A DNA stretch of 64,000 nt from Wujia chipingensis (GCA_963655175.1 CAVKDU010000007.1:6801-70800), one strand, 5' to 3'; shown: positions 20,201-30,181, numbered from the stretch's first letter. Made by a program: numbers and translations. The notes: generated by a model from the sequence alone, not told the origin.

Positions 20201-23200
20201 ATGAAAAAACAATTACTTTCAATCGTTGTCCTGGCCGCAGCCATGCTGGCAGGAAGCGTTGCCGCCAGTGCCGCCACCGACCGCGATGGCAGCGAGTTTG
20301 CCGCGGGCAAATGGTGGCAGGAGACCGGCTATGCCGGCCTGGGCAACCCCAATGAGGTGCTTGCGCTGGTGGAATATGACGCCGCCAGAGGCGTGCAGCC
20401 CACGGTGAGCTACAAGCTGCTGGGCGCCACGGGCTACATCACCCGCATCAAGCTCTATGCCCGCGAATACGACGGCACGAAGTTTGACGCCAACAGCGGC
20501 AGCGACAACGTGAGCAACACGTTTGCCCACCCCTTTGACTACCGCGACCCGCAGGTGAAAAACGGAGCGAAACTCATTGCCGAAACCACCGACCTCACCG
20601 CCACACAGCTGACGGCAGCCGAGGCTCTCGACGCCAGCAAGAAGTATGTGCTCTATCTCACTGCCGACATTGCCAGCGGCATTGAGCTGCCGGCACTCAC
20701 TAAGCAGAAAACTGAGATCGGTGCCAACATTACCGCGCTCACTGGCACATCGCTGAGCTGCAAGCTGACGCAGCGCGCCAACGGCTCGCGCGTGCTGGTG
20801 CCGCTGAAGCAGACTCTCTACATGCCCGAGGACTACTACTCTCACTATTACCGCATTCCAGCCATCACCCGCGCCGCCGACGGCTCGCTGCTGGCAGTGA
20901 GCGATGCCCGCAAGGAGGACATTCACGACATTGCCAACGACATCGACATACTGTGCCGCCGCTCAACCGACAACGGCCTCACTTGGAGCAGCCCAGTGAC
21001 CATAGCCAAGGGCAGCCGAAGCGGAAATGACTGTCAGGACTTCACTGGCTATGGCGACGCCGCCGTGGCCACCATGAGCAACGGCGCAATACTCTGCACC
21101 ATGGTGAGCGGCCGCGGCATTCACAACACCGGCAGCGACGACACCAAGAATTTCTACTCCATTAGCAACGACAATGGCCAGTCGTGGAGCGCATTGAAGC
21201 AGATTGACACAAACGGGCTTATTGGCGAATTTGGAGTATGGCCTTTAAACGGCCAGCACTCTCGCGGCAACATTGCCCCGGGCAACATGTGCAGCGTGAG
21301 CAGCGGCTACTTGAAAGGCAAGGTGCTGGCACTATACCGACATTACAAATATAGTCGACAAGTAGAAGGAGTAGCCCTTGGCGGCAACCCCAACACGAAC
21401 TACCTGTTATGCTACGATCCGCAGACCGACACTTGGACCAATTTAGGCAAAATAGACTATGACAAGAAAGATGCCGATGAGGCACACTTAACCGAAATTG
21501 GTGAAAACAAGTTCATTATCACAGTAAGACGCACCGACAACGACCGACGCGATTTCGGCCTTATCACAATAACGGATGGCAATGGCAAATTCACCGAGAA
21601 GGGATTGGGCAAATGCGGCATGAGCCTTGCGACTGCCACCAACGGTGAGATGATTAAATACACCGACGGCGCTGGCAAGGAATATCTGCTGCACTCAGTG
21701 CCCGCAACCACGGCAAGCAGTGGCAAGCAGAGCGGTGTGCGCAGCGGTCTGGCATTCTACCAGTCGGCCGTGAGCGAGACACCCAGTTGGAGCAAACTTA
21801 TGTGTGTGAGCGACCCCTATGAGGACGACCTGGCCGAAACGGCGCAATACAGCTCGCTGTGCGAGCAGAACGACGGCTCAATCGGCATTCTGTTTGAGGA
21901 ATACCCGCAGGTAATCTATAAATATGACCACAGCGCCACACCCTCGGGCGACTACATGATGGGCATCACCTACATGAGCTTCCGCGCCGACGACATCATT
22001 CCCGACGCCACGCGCAAAAACGTGAAGACTCTTGCAAACCCCGTAATCACGCCCGAGTCGAACACCTACAACACCGCCGCAGGCTCAACCAGCACACACC
22101 CCGGCGAGATTGTGATTAGCAACCCCAATGAGGACAACGACGTGCTCAGGGGCAACACCACCGTCACCTACAGCATCTGGACCGTGGCCACCGACGGCAG
22201 CAGCACCCAGGTGGTGAGCAACGCCAAGTTCACCGGTGCAAGCGCCACCGTGGCGTGGAGCGCGCTCAAGGTGAGCGACCTCGGCAAGCTGGCCTACGTG
22301 CATGTGAAGGCCGTGGCCGAGACAGGCGTGAGCGGCTATGGCAAGTCGGGCGAAAGCACCGCCACCTACCGCTTTGTGAGCAAGGTGCGCAACATCATCA
22401 TCAAGGCCCGTCCCGCCAAGGGCTGGGCCGTCCCCACCATCAGCTCGCCGGGCCTCGGCGCCAAGCAGCAGGGCGAAGTGCTCACAGTGGCCGTTGGCGC
22501 AAAGGTTACTGCCAGCGCCACCTATCACGCTCCGTTCAAGTTCGAGGGCTTCTCGCTCAACGGCGACAAGTATGAGCAAAACATAAGCGACCTGGGCGGC
22601 GAAATGATGACCAAGCATCAGCTCGACTTCAACGCCCCCGAGGTGAGCAGCGTGGCCAACAACGACGCCGACAGCCTTGTGATATACGCATGGTATACGG
22701 TGAACGGCGGCGGCGCCAAGACACGCGTCTACACCAACTACTTCGACAGCAACGACAACACCGCCGACGACAGCCACTACATGCAGCGCCACTACTTCCA
22801 CAGCGACTGGTGCTCGGACGCCGACTACACCGAGGCCGACTTCAGCAGCGTGCTTGCATCGGTGGAATCGCTGAAAGACGTGGCCGAAGCCAACCCCACA
22901 GCCAACATCGAGCTCACCTACCCCATCAGCAAGGGCGAAACCTACAAGACATGGGGCCTCACCCCCAAGGTGGAGCTGATGACCGACAGCAAAAACTGCC
23001 AGGACTTCGACGCAGTGGTGATGGTGAAGCAAGACGGCGAATACATCACCGCCAACTATCCCGACGCCCCCGGCAAGAAGAAAGCCGCAGCGGCTCAGGC
23101 AAGCGAAGCCAGTGCAGCCACCCCGCTCTACTACCTGATAGAGGGCGTGAACAGCAACTTTGCCGAAGACAGCAAGATGAAGACCCAGTCGAAGGGCGTA

Positions 23201-23641
23201 TATAAGTGGTATGACGCCGAGCACAAGCCCGTGGCCGTGAGCGGCATCAACTTTGGCAACGTGATCGACAGCAACGCCGACTACACCGAGCTGTCGGCAC
23301 CGCACTACAGCGTAGACATATTCGTGCTCTACCGCAACACCAGCGCCACCACGGTGGCCGACCTGGTGAAAGGCAACGGCTACATCTACAAGGTGTCGCA
23401 CCCCATCAACCCCAGCGGCAACATGACGGGCATCGACTGCGCCACACTGCAGCAGCGCGGCACAGCCTTTGTGGGCGTGAAAGGCGGCGTCAGGGTGATT
23501 GCCCAAAGCGAGGCCAGCGGCACCATCTACAACGTGACCGGCGCTGCCGTGGCACGCTACAGCACCAGCGGCGGCGAGCAGTTTGTGGCGCTGCCGCAGG
23601 GCGTGTATGTGGCAGCAGGCAGCAAGTTTGTGGTGCGCTAA
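20201..23641 (+). CDS. Exo-alpha-sialidase (GH33-like) with long C-terminal extension and T9SS sorting domain
   Basis: RIP motif (YYRIPAITRAADGSLLAVSDAR), Asp-boxes (STDNGLTWS, SNDNGQSWS) and a signal peptide. About 560 aa follow the propeller with no motif I recognise. The C-terminus (VALPQGVYVAAGSKFVVR) is T9SS-CTD-like. Confidence 0.8.
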   Translation: MKKQLLSIVVLAAAMLAGSVAASAATDRDGSEFAAGKWWQETGYAGLGNPNEVLALVEYDAARGVQPTVSYKLLGATGYITRIKLYAREYDGTKFDANSGSDNVSNTFAHPFDYRDPQVKNGAKLIAETTDLTATQLTAAEALDASKKYVLYLTADIASGIELPALTKQKTEIGANITALTGTSLSCKLTQRANGSRVLVPLKQTLYMPEDYYSHYYRIPAITRAADGSLLAVSDARKEDIHDIANDIDILCRRSTDNGLTWSSPVTIAKGSRSGNDCQDFTGYGDAAVATMSNGAILCTMVSGRGIHNTGSDDTKNFYSISNDNGQSWSALKQIDTNGLIGEFGVWPLNGQHSRGNIAPGNMCSVSSGYLKGKVLALYRHYKYSRQVEGVALGGNPNTNYLLCYDPQTDTWTNLGKIDYDKKDADEAHLTEIGENKFIITVRRTDNDRRDFGLITITDGNGKFTEKGLGKCGMSLATATNGEMIKYTDGAGKEYLLHSVPATTASSGKQSGVRSGLAFYQSAVSETPSWSKLMCVSDPYEDDLAETAQYSSLCEQNDGSIGILFEEYPQVIYKYDHSATPSGDYMMGITYMSFRADDIIPDATRKNVKTLANPVITPESNTYNTAAGSTSTHPGEIVISNPNEDNDVLRGNTTVTYSIWTVATDGSSTQVVSNAKFTGASATVAWSALKVSDLGKLAYVHVKAVAETGVSGYGKSGESTATYRFVSKVRNIIIKARPAKGWAVPTISSPGLGAKQQGEVLTVAVGAKVTASATYHAPFKFEGFSLNGDKYEQNISDLGGEMMTKHQLDFNAPEVSSVANNDADSLVIYAWYTVNGGGAKTRVYTNYFDSNDNTADDSHYMQRHYFHSDWCSDADYTEADFSSVLASVESLKDVAEANPTANIELTYPISKGETYKTWGLTPKVELMTDSKNCQDFDAVVMVKQDGEYITANYPDAPGKKKAAAAQASEASAATPLYYLIEGVNSNFAEDSKMKTQSKGVYKWYDAEHKPVAVSGINFGNVIDSNADYTELSAPHYSVDIFVLYRNTSATTVADLVKGNGYIYKVSHPINPSGNMTGIDCATLQQRGTAFVGVKGGVRVIAQSEASGTIYNVTGAAVARYSTSGGEQFVALPQGVYVAAGSKFVVR

Positions 23642-23673
23642 GCGCTCATTCAAGATTATTTCCCTATTGAAAG

Positions 23674-23710
23674 AAATGCAGGGGCTCAGCTATGGGCCTC
23701 TGCATTTTTT
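23674..23710 (+). terminator. Intrinsic terminator after the sialidase gene
   Basis: Stem AAATGCAGGGGC/GCCTCTGCATTT (11/12) followed by TTTTTT. Confidence 0.6.
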
Positions 23711-23959
23711 GGTTACGCACTTGCATAAAAATGAAGCAAGCGGGAGTTTCACAACTACCGCTTGCGTCAAACCTTAAAAATCTAATCCTATGAAAAAACT
23801 ATATCACAAAATTACCCCTTATTTTCGACATTCACAAGCAAAATGGCGGCGAATAATTAAAATTTATTCCGCAGCAATAGCAGGCCGCAACGCATAGTGA
23901 TGACCGATAGCGTTTTGCAGAGTGAAAAAAAATAGCTATCTTAGTTGCTGTTTTTAGCA

Positions 23960-24886
23960 ATGACACGATTTGAACTCAACATATTGGGTTGCGGCTCGGC
24001 CACATCGAGCCTGCGACACCTGCCGTCGAGCCAGGTGCTGAACGTGCGCGACAACCTTATGATGATAGACTGCGGCGAGGGCGCACAGCTGGAAATGCGC
24101 CGCATGGGGCTGAAGTTTATGCGGCTCAACCACATATTCATCAGCCACCTGCACGGCGACCACTGCTTCGGCCTGCCGGGCCTTATATCAACCCTTGCGC
24201 TGCTGGGCAAGACGGGCACTCTGACCGTGCACACCTTTGCCGACGGGGCAAAGCTGCTGGGCGAGGTGGTGGACTACTTCTGCCGCCAAATGCCGTTTGA
24301 GCTGAAGATTGACGTGATAGGCACCGAGAACTCCGTGATTTATGAGGACGACGCCGTGACGGTGAGCACCTTTCCGCTGCGCCACCGCCTGCCCACGGTG
24401 GGGTTTCTGGTGCGCGAAAAGCCCAAACTGCGCCACATCAATCCCGAGGCCACCGCGCGGTGGCAAGTGCCGCGCTACGCCATGAGGCCGCTGCGCGAGG
24501 GCGCCGACTTTGTGACCCCCGACGGGCTGACGGTGCCAAACGCCGAGCTCACCACGCCGCCCGACCGCGCCATCAGCTATGCCTACTGCAGCGACACCAC
24601 GCCCAGCCCGCGCATCACCGAGGCTGTGGCCGGAGTCGACTGGCTGTATCACGAGGCCACCTATGGCGACGAGTGCGCCAAGCAGGCACGGCAGCGGTTT
24701 CACAGCACGGCGCGCGAAGCCGGCATTGTGGCGCGCGAGGCCGGGGTGCGCAACCTGATTCTGGGGCACTACAGCAAGCGCTACGACAGCCTTGAGCCGC
24801 TGCTCGAGCAGGCGCGCGAGGAGTTTCCGCACACCATGCTTGCCACCGAGGGCCTGCGCATCGACCTGAACGGCAATCTGCCGTGA
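23960..24886 (+). CDS. rnz: Ribonuclease Z
   Basis: MTRFELNILGCGSA..., the metallo-beta-lactamase motif ISHLHGDHCFGLPGL and the C-terminal HYS motif (ILGHYSKRY). Confidence 0.85.
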   Translation: MTRFELNILGCGSATSSLRHLPSSQVLNVRDNLMMIDCGEGAQLEMRRMGLKFMRLNHIFISHLHGDHCFGLPGLISTLALLGKTGTLTVHTFADGAKLLGEVVDYFCRQMPFELKIDVIGTENSVIYEDDAVTVSTFPLRHRLPTVGFLVREKPKLRHINPEATARWQVPRYAMRPLREGADFVTPDGLTVPNAELTTPPDRAISYAYCSDTTPSPRITEAVAGVDWLYHEATYGDECAKQARQRFHSTAREAGIVAREAGVRNLILGHYSKRYDSLEPLLEQAREEFPHTMLATEGLRIDLNGNLP

Positions 24887-25024
24887 CCCTGAGTGCTCTT
24901 GCGCGCGCCGCCGGTTAAACCTTTTGCCCGCAGCGGTGTCTAAAGGTAATAATGTGGGAGTGACAGTAACGTGGATTTTTGCTCATCAACACAGAATTAA
25001 AACTAAGGATAGACAACTACACAA

Positions 25025-25786
25025 ATGAAACCAATCACCAACATACTGCTCGTGGCCGCACTGGCGTGCTACATATTCCTGCCGTTTCACGAAATATCGT
25101 TCCAAGGCACCCAAAGCGGATTTTTCTACACCGCGGGGCTTATAACCCAAGACTTCAGCGTGCTGAAGACGCTCTACGCCCTGCTGCCCTTCATTGCCTG
25201 CTTCTCGGCGATAGGCGTCAACAGCCTCAAGAACCGCTACTGGGGATTTGCAGTGGCAGCGCTCACATCGCTGGGACTGGTGTTCCTGCTCAACGCCAGC
25301 GAGGTGCATGTGCAGCCCGACCTCACACACGACCCCGAGCTGATGTACGACGCCACCCTGGCCCAGGGCTTTGAGGTGACGGGGCTCGGCATCGGCTATC
25401 AGGCATCGCTGGTGCTCACGGTGATGGCAATGCTGTCGGCACTGCTGTCGATGCTGCCGTTCAAGTTCAACCGCCTGCTTGAGGAGCAAATCGACCACAG
25501 CCTTGAAGAGGGCAAGAAGCACCTGAGCGAAATCGGCACCAAGGTTAGCGCCGACCTGCACCATGAAATCGACAAGTTTGAAAAGGAACACGTGCACCAC
25601 AAAGGCCACAAGGCGGAAAAGGGCGAGAAGAAGTGTCAGGCCGCAGCCAAACCCGAGCCCTCAGTGGTGGAGGGCGTGGAAGTGAAGCCGGCCGAAGACC
25701 CCAACGCCGCCTACATGCCCAAGCAGCCCGCCAGCACCCCCGCCGACGACAGCGACAACCCCTACCGCGACTATATGCCCAAGTAA
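25025..25786 (+). CDS. Hypothetical membrane protein with charged His/Lys/Glu-rich C-terminal tail
   Basis: 253-aa ORF with four hydrophobic helices, then HHEIDKFEKEHVHHKGHKAEKGEKK and a Pro-rich tail. Confidence 0.55.
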   Translation: MKPITNILLVAALACYIFLPFHEISFQGTQSGFFYTAGLITQDFSVLKTLYALLPFIACFSAIGVNSLKNRYWGFAVAALTSLGLVFLLNASEVHVQPDLTHDPELMYDATLAQGFEVTGLGIGYQASLVLTVMAMLSALLSMLPFKFNRLLEEQIDHSLEEGKKHLSEIGTKVSADLHHEIDKFEKEHVHHKGHKAEKGEKKCQAAAKPEPSVVEGVEVKPAEDPNAAYMPKQPASTPADDSDNPYRDYMPK

Positions 25787-25872
25787 AAAACGCTGCTACG
25801 CAGCTTGCATGGCGCGCTACTAAAAAAGCAGTTTTTTGCGCACACAATATATCATATAATAAATAAAAGTGC

Positions 25873-25880
25873 TACTTTTG
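25873..25880 (+). promoter_or_regulatory. -7 promoter box TACTTTTG for the hipB-like/hipA-like operon
   Basis: Exact TAnnTTTG match 30 nt upstream of the ATG at 25910. It is flanked by two AT palindromes (25848-25858, 25881-25891). Confidence 0.5.
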
Positions 25881-25909
25881 CATATTATATGACACATTAA
25901 ATCTTAGTT

Positions 25910-26230
25910 ATGGGAAAAGCCACATTTGGCAACAAACTGCCACGCAAATTAGAACACAACATGCAGATAGTGGGAGAGCAAATAAAGCTTGCCCGCCTAC
26001 GCCGCAACCTGACCATTGCACAAGTGGCCGGACGAGCCACTTGCTCGCCACTCACGGTGGCACGAATCGAAAAAGGTGTGCCCACCGTGGCCATTGGCAT
26101 ATATCTGAGGGTGCTGTATGCGCTGCAACTCGACGACTGCATATTGGCTATAGCGCAGCAAGATCCTATAGGCCGCACACTGCAAGACCTGTCGCTGAAG
26201 CACCGCAAACGAGCCTCAAAAAAGAGCTAA
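25910..26230 (+). CDS. XRE-family HTH protein (HipB-like antitoxin)
   Basis: 106 aa with the HTH IKLARLRRNLTIAQVAGRATCSPLTVARIEKG. It ends 4 nt before the HipA-like gene. Confidence 0.8.
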   Translation: MGKATFGNKLPRKLEHNMQIVGEQIKLARLRRNLTIAQVAGRATCSPLTVARIEKGVPTVAIGIYLRVLYALQLDDCILAIAQQDPIGRTLQDLSLKHRKRASKKS

Positions 26231-26234
26231 CATC

Positions 26235-27488
26235 ATGAAGACACTATACGTATACGCAGACTTCGACTGGCTAAAGCAGCCCACGCTCATTGGCAAACTC
26301 GGTTTTGAGTCGCTGAGAGGCTCCGACTCATACTGTTTCGAGTATGACTACGACTGGCTTAAAGAGCACTGCGACATAACACTGAGCGATGACTTAAACT
26401 GCTACGCAGGCCCACAATACACGATTCCAGACCGCGACATTTTTTGCTGCTTCGCCGATGCCCTACCCGACAGATGGGGCAGGATGCTACTCAACCGCAA
26501 GGAACAGATACAGGCCTTGGCCGAGAAGAGGGCAGCACGCCGACTGACGTCGTTTGACTACCTTACGGGAATTGACGACACAACGCGCATGGGAGGCTTC
26601 AGATTCAAGACCTCGCCCAATGGTGAATACATAAACTGCGATTCAGCCTTGCAGGTGCCTCCACTGTCGGACATACGCACTCTGATTGCCGCCAGCAATG
26701 AGATTGAGCGCAGCGACAAGCAGAATGAACTGCCCAATGAAAAATGGCTGAGGCAACTTGTGAATCTAGGCTCATCACTTGGCGGCGCACGCCCCAAAGC
26801 ATGCGTCACCGACGAAAAACACATACTCTATGTGGCCAAATTCCCTTCACGCAACGACACATATGACGTGGCCCTGTGGGAGCATGTGTCGCACCTGCTG
26901 GCAAAAGAGGCCGGCATTGATGCGGCCAACACGAAAATCGCGAGTTACGGCAACAAGCACCACACACTGCTTTCACGCCGATTCGACAGGGACGCAAACG
27001 GTCACCGCAAGCATTTTGCCTCTGCAATGACACTTCTCGGGTTAACCGACGGATGCAATGCGCAATCGGGCAACGGCTACCTTGACATAGTGGATTTCAT
27101 TGTGGCTCACTGCTGCGACACACAGCAGAACTTAAACGAACTATTCAGACGCGTTGCGTTCAACATAGCAATAGGCAATAGCGACGATCACTTCCGCAAC
27201 CATGGGTTTCTTCTAACCAAACAAGGATGGACGCTGTCGCCAGCCTACGACATGAACCCAACTGACGACAACCACCTTAGTTTGCTCATCAATAGCAACA
27301 CTTGCGAGGCCAGCCTTGAAATTTTGCAAGAGTCGGCAGGTGAATATATGATTGACGACAACGTGGGCAAGAAGATAATTGCTGAAGTTACCGACGCCGT
27401 TAGAAATTGGCGCAATGTGGCGCTGCGAAATGGGGCCACAAAGCACGAAATCGACTTATTCGCACCGGTATTCAGCAAGCATCTATAG
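26235..27488 (+). CDS. hipA: Type II toxin-antitoxin system HipA-family kinase toxin
   Basis: 417 aa with a HipA N-terminal coupling region (LYVYADFDWLKQPTLIGKL), LGGARPKA, and the catalytic region IGNSDDHFRNHGFL...PAYDMNP. Confidence 0.85.
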   Translation: MKTLYVYADFDWLKQPTLIGKLGFESLRGSDSYCFEYDYDWLKEHCDITLSDDLNCYAGPQYTIPDRDIFCCFADALPDRWGRMLLNRKEQIQALAEKRAARRLTSFDYLTGIDDTTRMGGFRFKTSPNGEYINCDSALQVPPLSDIRTLIAASNEIERSDKQNELPNEKWLRQLVNLGSSLGGARPKACVTDEKHILYVAKFPSRNDTYDVALWEHVSHLLAKEAGIDAANTKIASYGNKHHTLLSRRFDRDANGHRKHFASAMTLLGLTDGCNAQSGNGYLDIVDFIVAHCCDTQQNLNELFRRVAFNIAIGNSDDHFRNHGFLLTKQGWTLSPAYDMNPTDDNHLSLLINSNTCEASLEILQESAGEYMIDDNVGKKIIAEVTDAVRNWRNVALRNGATKHEIDLFAPVFSKHL

Positions 27489-27555
27489 CGTTACATTGGT
27501 GGTCAATGCATCATAAAATATGGATTATACAGTGTTATGTTTGTTTTATGATGGG

Positions 27556-29028
27556 TTAGGTGGTGGCGAGGGGGCAGTTGATGAGGTAGAGGTGGCGGCG
27601 CGCGCGGGTCATGGCTGTGTAGAGCCAGCGCATAAAGTCGAGCGTGCCGAGCGCGTCGGGCATTATCGAGCCCATGTCGATAAACACGTTGCGCCACTGG
27701 CCGCCCTGCGCCTTGTGGCAAGTGACAGCGTAGGCAAACTTCACTTGCAGCGCATTGAAGTACGGGTTGGCCTTCAGAGCGCGGTAGCGCATGCGCTTGT
27801 CGCCCTGCAGTTCCTGCATCAGCTCGTTGTACATGCGCTCATTTTGCTCGCGCGTGAGCGCTGGCGTGTTGCTCATCAGGCTGTCAAGAATTATCTTTGC
27901 CTCCACCTCCACGCCGCCGTGGTCGGGGAATTCAAGCGTCACCTGGGCAAAGCGCAGGCCGTAGCGCTCCTCCACATCGCCCCACACGCGCTTCACGCAA
28001 GCCACGTCGCCGTTGGCAATGAAGTCAATTTCCTTATAGTCGGCGGCCCAGAAGTAGTTGTTTTTGGCCACCAGCAGCATGTCGCCGTTCACCAGTTCAT
28101 CGTCGCGATACAGAATTTGGTTGCGCACGGCGCCATTAAACAGCTTGGCGCGGCGGTTGCTGCGCGTCACTATAATGGTGTCGTCGAGGCCTCCGCTGTC
28201 GTAGCAGTCGCTGATTTTTTCAAGCAGGAATTCGCCCGTCACGGCCTCCACGTCGCTAAACCCGGTGAGCTGCAACTCGGGCGGGGTCATTTGGGCGGTG
28301 GTGAGCATGCGGCGCACCGTGGTGGCATTATACAGAATTCCGCTCTGCGCTGCCTGGCGCGCTATCTGCGTGAGCCATATGTCGTAGACGCGCAGGCCGT
28401 AGCCGCTTAGCACCTGCGCACTGAGCGCGGGACTCTCGCTCTGCCCCACGGGCGGCAGCTGGGCCGAGTCGCCCATCAGCATCAGGCGGCAGCCGCTGGC
28501 CTCGTCGGCATACACATAGTGCACCAAGTCGTCGAGCAGCCGGCCGGAGCCAAACGAAGCGCCCTCGAACCCCTGCGAGTTGCTTATCATCGAGGCCTCA
28601 TCAACGATGAAAACGGTGTTGGTGTGCTTGTTTTCGGCCAGCGAGAAGCCACTGTCGAGATACCCGTTCTGACGGTAGATTTTGCGGTGAATGGTGTAGG
28701 CCGGGTGGCCCGAATACTCGCTGAACACCTGCGCGGCGCGCCCCGTGGGGGCAAGCAGCACCGTCTTTTGCCCGCGCATGCTCAGGGTGCGCACTATGGC
28801 GCCGGCCACGCTGGTCTTGCCAGTGCCGGCATAGCCATTGAGCAGAAACACCGCGCGGTCGCCGCCGCGGGCCAGGAAATGGGCAAAGGCGGCAATCATT
28901 GTCACCTGGTCGGAATTGGGCTCGAATGGCAGCATCGCCATCACGTCGGCGCCAAAGGCGCGGACGGCGACATCAGAGCTGTCGACGGGCTCTGGCGTAA
29001 CATTGTGGCACTGGGTTGAATCGTTCAT
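27556..29028 (-). CDS. RecD/TraA-like superfamily 1 DNA helicase
   Basis: 490 aa with Walker A GYAGTGKTSV, Walker B VFIVDEASM and the C-terminal UvrD_C_2-like motif YAVTCHKAQGGQW. Confidence 0.8.
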   Translation of the reverse strand: MNDSTQCHNVTPEPVDSSDVAVRAFGADVMAMLPFEPNSDQVTMIAAFAHFLARGGDRAVFLLNGYAGTGKTSVAGAIVRTLSMRGQKTVLLAPTGRAAQVFSEYSGHPAYTIHRKIYRQNGYLDSGFSLAENKHTNTVFIVDEASMISNSQGFEGASFGSGRLLDDLVHYVYADEASGCRLMLMGDSAQLPPVGQSESPALSAQVLSGYGLRVYDIWLTQIARQAAQSGILYNATTVRRMLTTAQMTPPELQLTGFSDVEAVTGEFLLEKISDCYDSGGLDDTIIVTRSNRRAKLFNGAVRNQILYRDDELVNGDMLLVAKNNYFWAADYKEIDFIANGDVACVKRVWGDVEERYGLRFAQVTLEFPDHGGVEVEAKIILDSLMSNTPALTREQNERMYNELMQELQGDKRMRYRALKANPYFNALQVKFAYAVTCHKAQGGQWRNVFIDMGSIMPDALGTLDFMRWLYTAMTRARRHLYLINCPLATT

Positions 29029-29073
29029 GTCACAAAATTACTCACAATTTCTTTAGCATTAGCAAATTTTCAC

Positions 29074-29081
29074 TATCTTTG
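29074..29081 (+). promoter_or_regulatory. -7 promoter box TATCTTTG for tRNA-Ser
   Basis: Exact TAnnTTTG match 36 nt upstream of the tRNA 5' end. Confidence 0.5.
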
Positions 29082-29116
29082 CACCACACAACACGGCCAC
29101 AAGCCACCACACACAT

Positions 29117-29204
29117 GGAGTGATGCTCGAGTGGTTGAAGAGGCACGCCTGGAAAGCGTGTAAACGTCAAAAGCGTTTCGCGAGTTCGAATCTCGCTCAC
29201 TCCG
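29117..29204 (+). tRNA. tRNA-Ser (anticodon GGA)
   Basis: Hand-folded cloverleaf. Acceptor GGAGTGA/TCACTCC, anticodon stem CACGC/GCGTG with loop CUGGAAA, a long variable arm, T-arm GCGAG-TTCGAAT-CTCGC and discriminator G. CCA is not encoded. Confidence 0.9.
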
Positions 29205-29210
29205 CACAAA

Positions 29211-29260
29211 GCGCGCGCTAACTCGCCACACACGGGTTTAGCGCGCGCATTTGTTTTTTT
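29211..29260 (+). terminator. Intrinsic terminator after tRNA-Ser
   Basis: 11-bp perfect stem GCGCGCGCTAA/TTAGCGCGCGC followed by ATTTGTTTTTTT. Confidence 0.65.
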
Positions 29261-29283
29261 AGATAATGCAACTTTAGCAAAAC

Positions 29284-30162
29284 ATGACTACAAGACTTAT
29301 TACAGCAATACTGGCCGCAGCCGCTGCGCTGGCCATGCAGGCCGCCACCGTGAGCAACGCCTTTTTCAGCCTCACCACGCCCGACGACAGCTGGGCGGTG
29401 AGCGCCGACAACTCGATGCGCTCGATAGGGGCGCGCGTGCTGCTGCAGCGCAACGGCAGCGGCGGCATCAGCGAACTGGCGCGCATCGACGTGATCGACG
29501 CGCCATTCGACCCCGAGGCCTACCTGCAGAGCCAGACGGTGGAGCGCCGCGACCCCTTTTGCCGCGAGGCGGTGGAAGTGGGCGCAGTGACCGACACCAC
29601 ATTCGCCCTGCTGCCAGCCAAGCACGTGCGGTTTGCCAAGGTGAGCCGCGGAGTGCGCTATGAGTGCGAGGCGGTGGCGCTGAACGCCGGGTTCTGCACG
29701 CTGTATGCCGTGAGCGGCCACCGCAGCGGCCTGCCCAATGTGGTGGGAGCCGTGGCCGGCAATCTGCGCTGGCTGTGCCCCACCGCCCCGCTCAGCGGCA
29801 CCGCAGCCCTTGTGAAGGCCGCAAAGGCGGCCCTGGCCAAGCACAACATGCACATTGCCGACAACGAGTATCTGACCCACGTCGAACTCACCGACTCGCA
29901 AACACTGGAACTGGAGGTGATGATTCCCTACCTGACCAAGGAGAGTGTGAACGTGACGGCATTTGTGCAACAGATGCGCGAGCGGTGGTTTAAGACGCTT
30001 GACGGGTCGTACCGGCTCAACCTGCTGATACGCGCCGCTGCCGACGAGCGCAAGCAGCTGCGCTACGTCTACACCGACAACCGCGGCGGCGAGATTGGCA
30101 CCATGCTAATCTACCCGCAGGAATACGAGGCGGCCGTGACCGCCATCAAACAGAAACGATAA
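29284..30162 (+). CDS. Hypothetical secreted protein
   Basis: 292-aa ORF with a signal peptide (MTTRLITAILAAAAALAMQA) and host-like high GC. I recognise no family motif. Confidence 0.55.
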   Translation: MTTRLITAILAAAAALAMQAATVSNAFFSLTTPDDSWAVSADNSMRSIGARVLLQRNGSGGISELARIDVIDAPFDPEAYLQSQTVERRDPFCREAVEVGAVTDTTFALLPAKHVRFAKVSRGVRYECEAVALNAGFCTLYAVSGHRSGLPNVVGAVAGNLRWLCPTAPLSGTAALVKAAKAALAKHNMHIADNEYLTHVELTDSQTLELEVMIPYLTKESVNVTAFVQQMRERWFKTLDGSYRLNLLIRAAADERKQLRYVYTDNRGGEIGTMLIYPQEYEAAVTAIKQKR

Positions 30163-30181
30163 CAAAAAGAGCAACAACGAT
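30152..30181 (+). repeat. Left copy of the 30-nt direct repeat bounding the R-M islet
   Basis: AGAAACGATAACAAAAAGAGCAACAACGAT. It covers the last codons and the TAA stop (30160-30162) of the 292-aa gene and matches 33214-33243 at 28/30 positions. Confidence 0.85.

Noticed and set aside
25787-27560. Direct repeats flanking the HipBA module, by analogy with the other two islets.
   Set aside because: By-eye comparison of about 120 nt on each side found only short AT-rich similarities (ATCATA.., AAATA) that are not distinguishable from chance.
29117-30181. tRNA-Ser as the integration site of the R-M islet.
   Set aside because: A host-composition 292-aa gene lies between the tRNA and the islet. 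The flanking direct repeats derive from the end of that gene and the intergenic spacer, not from the tRNA 3' end.
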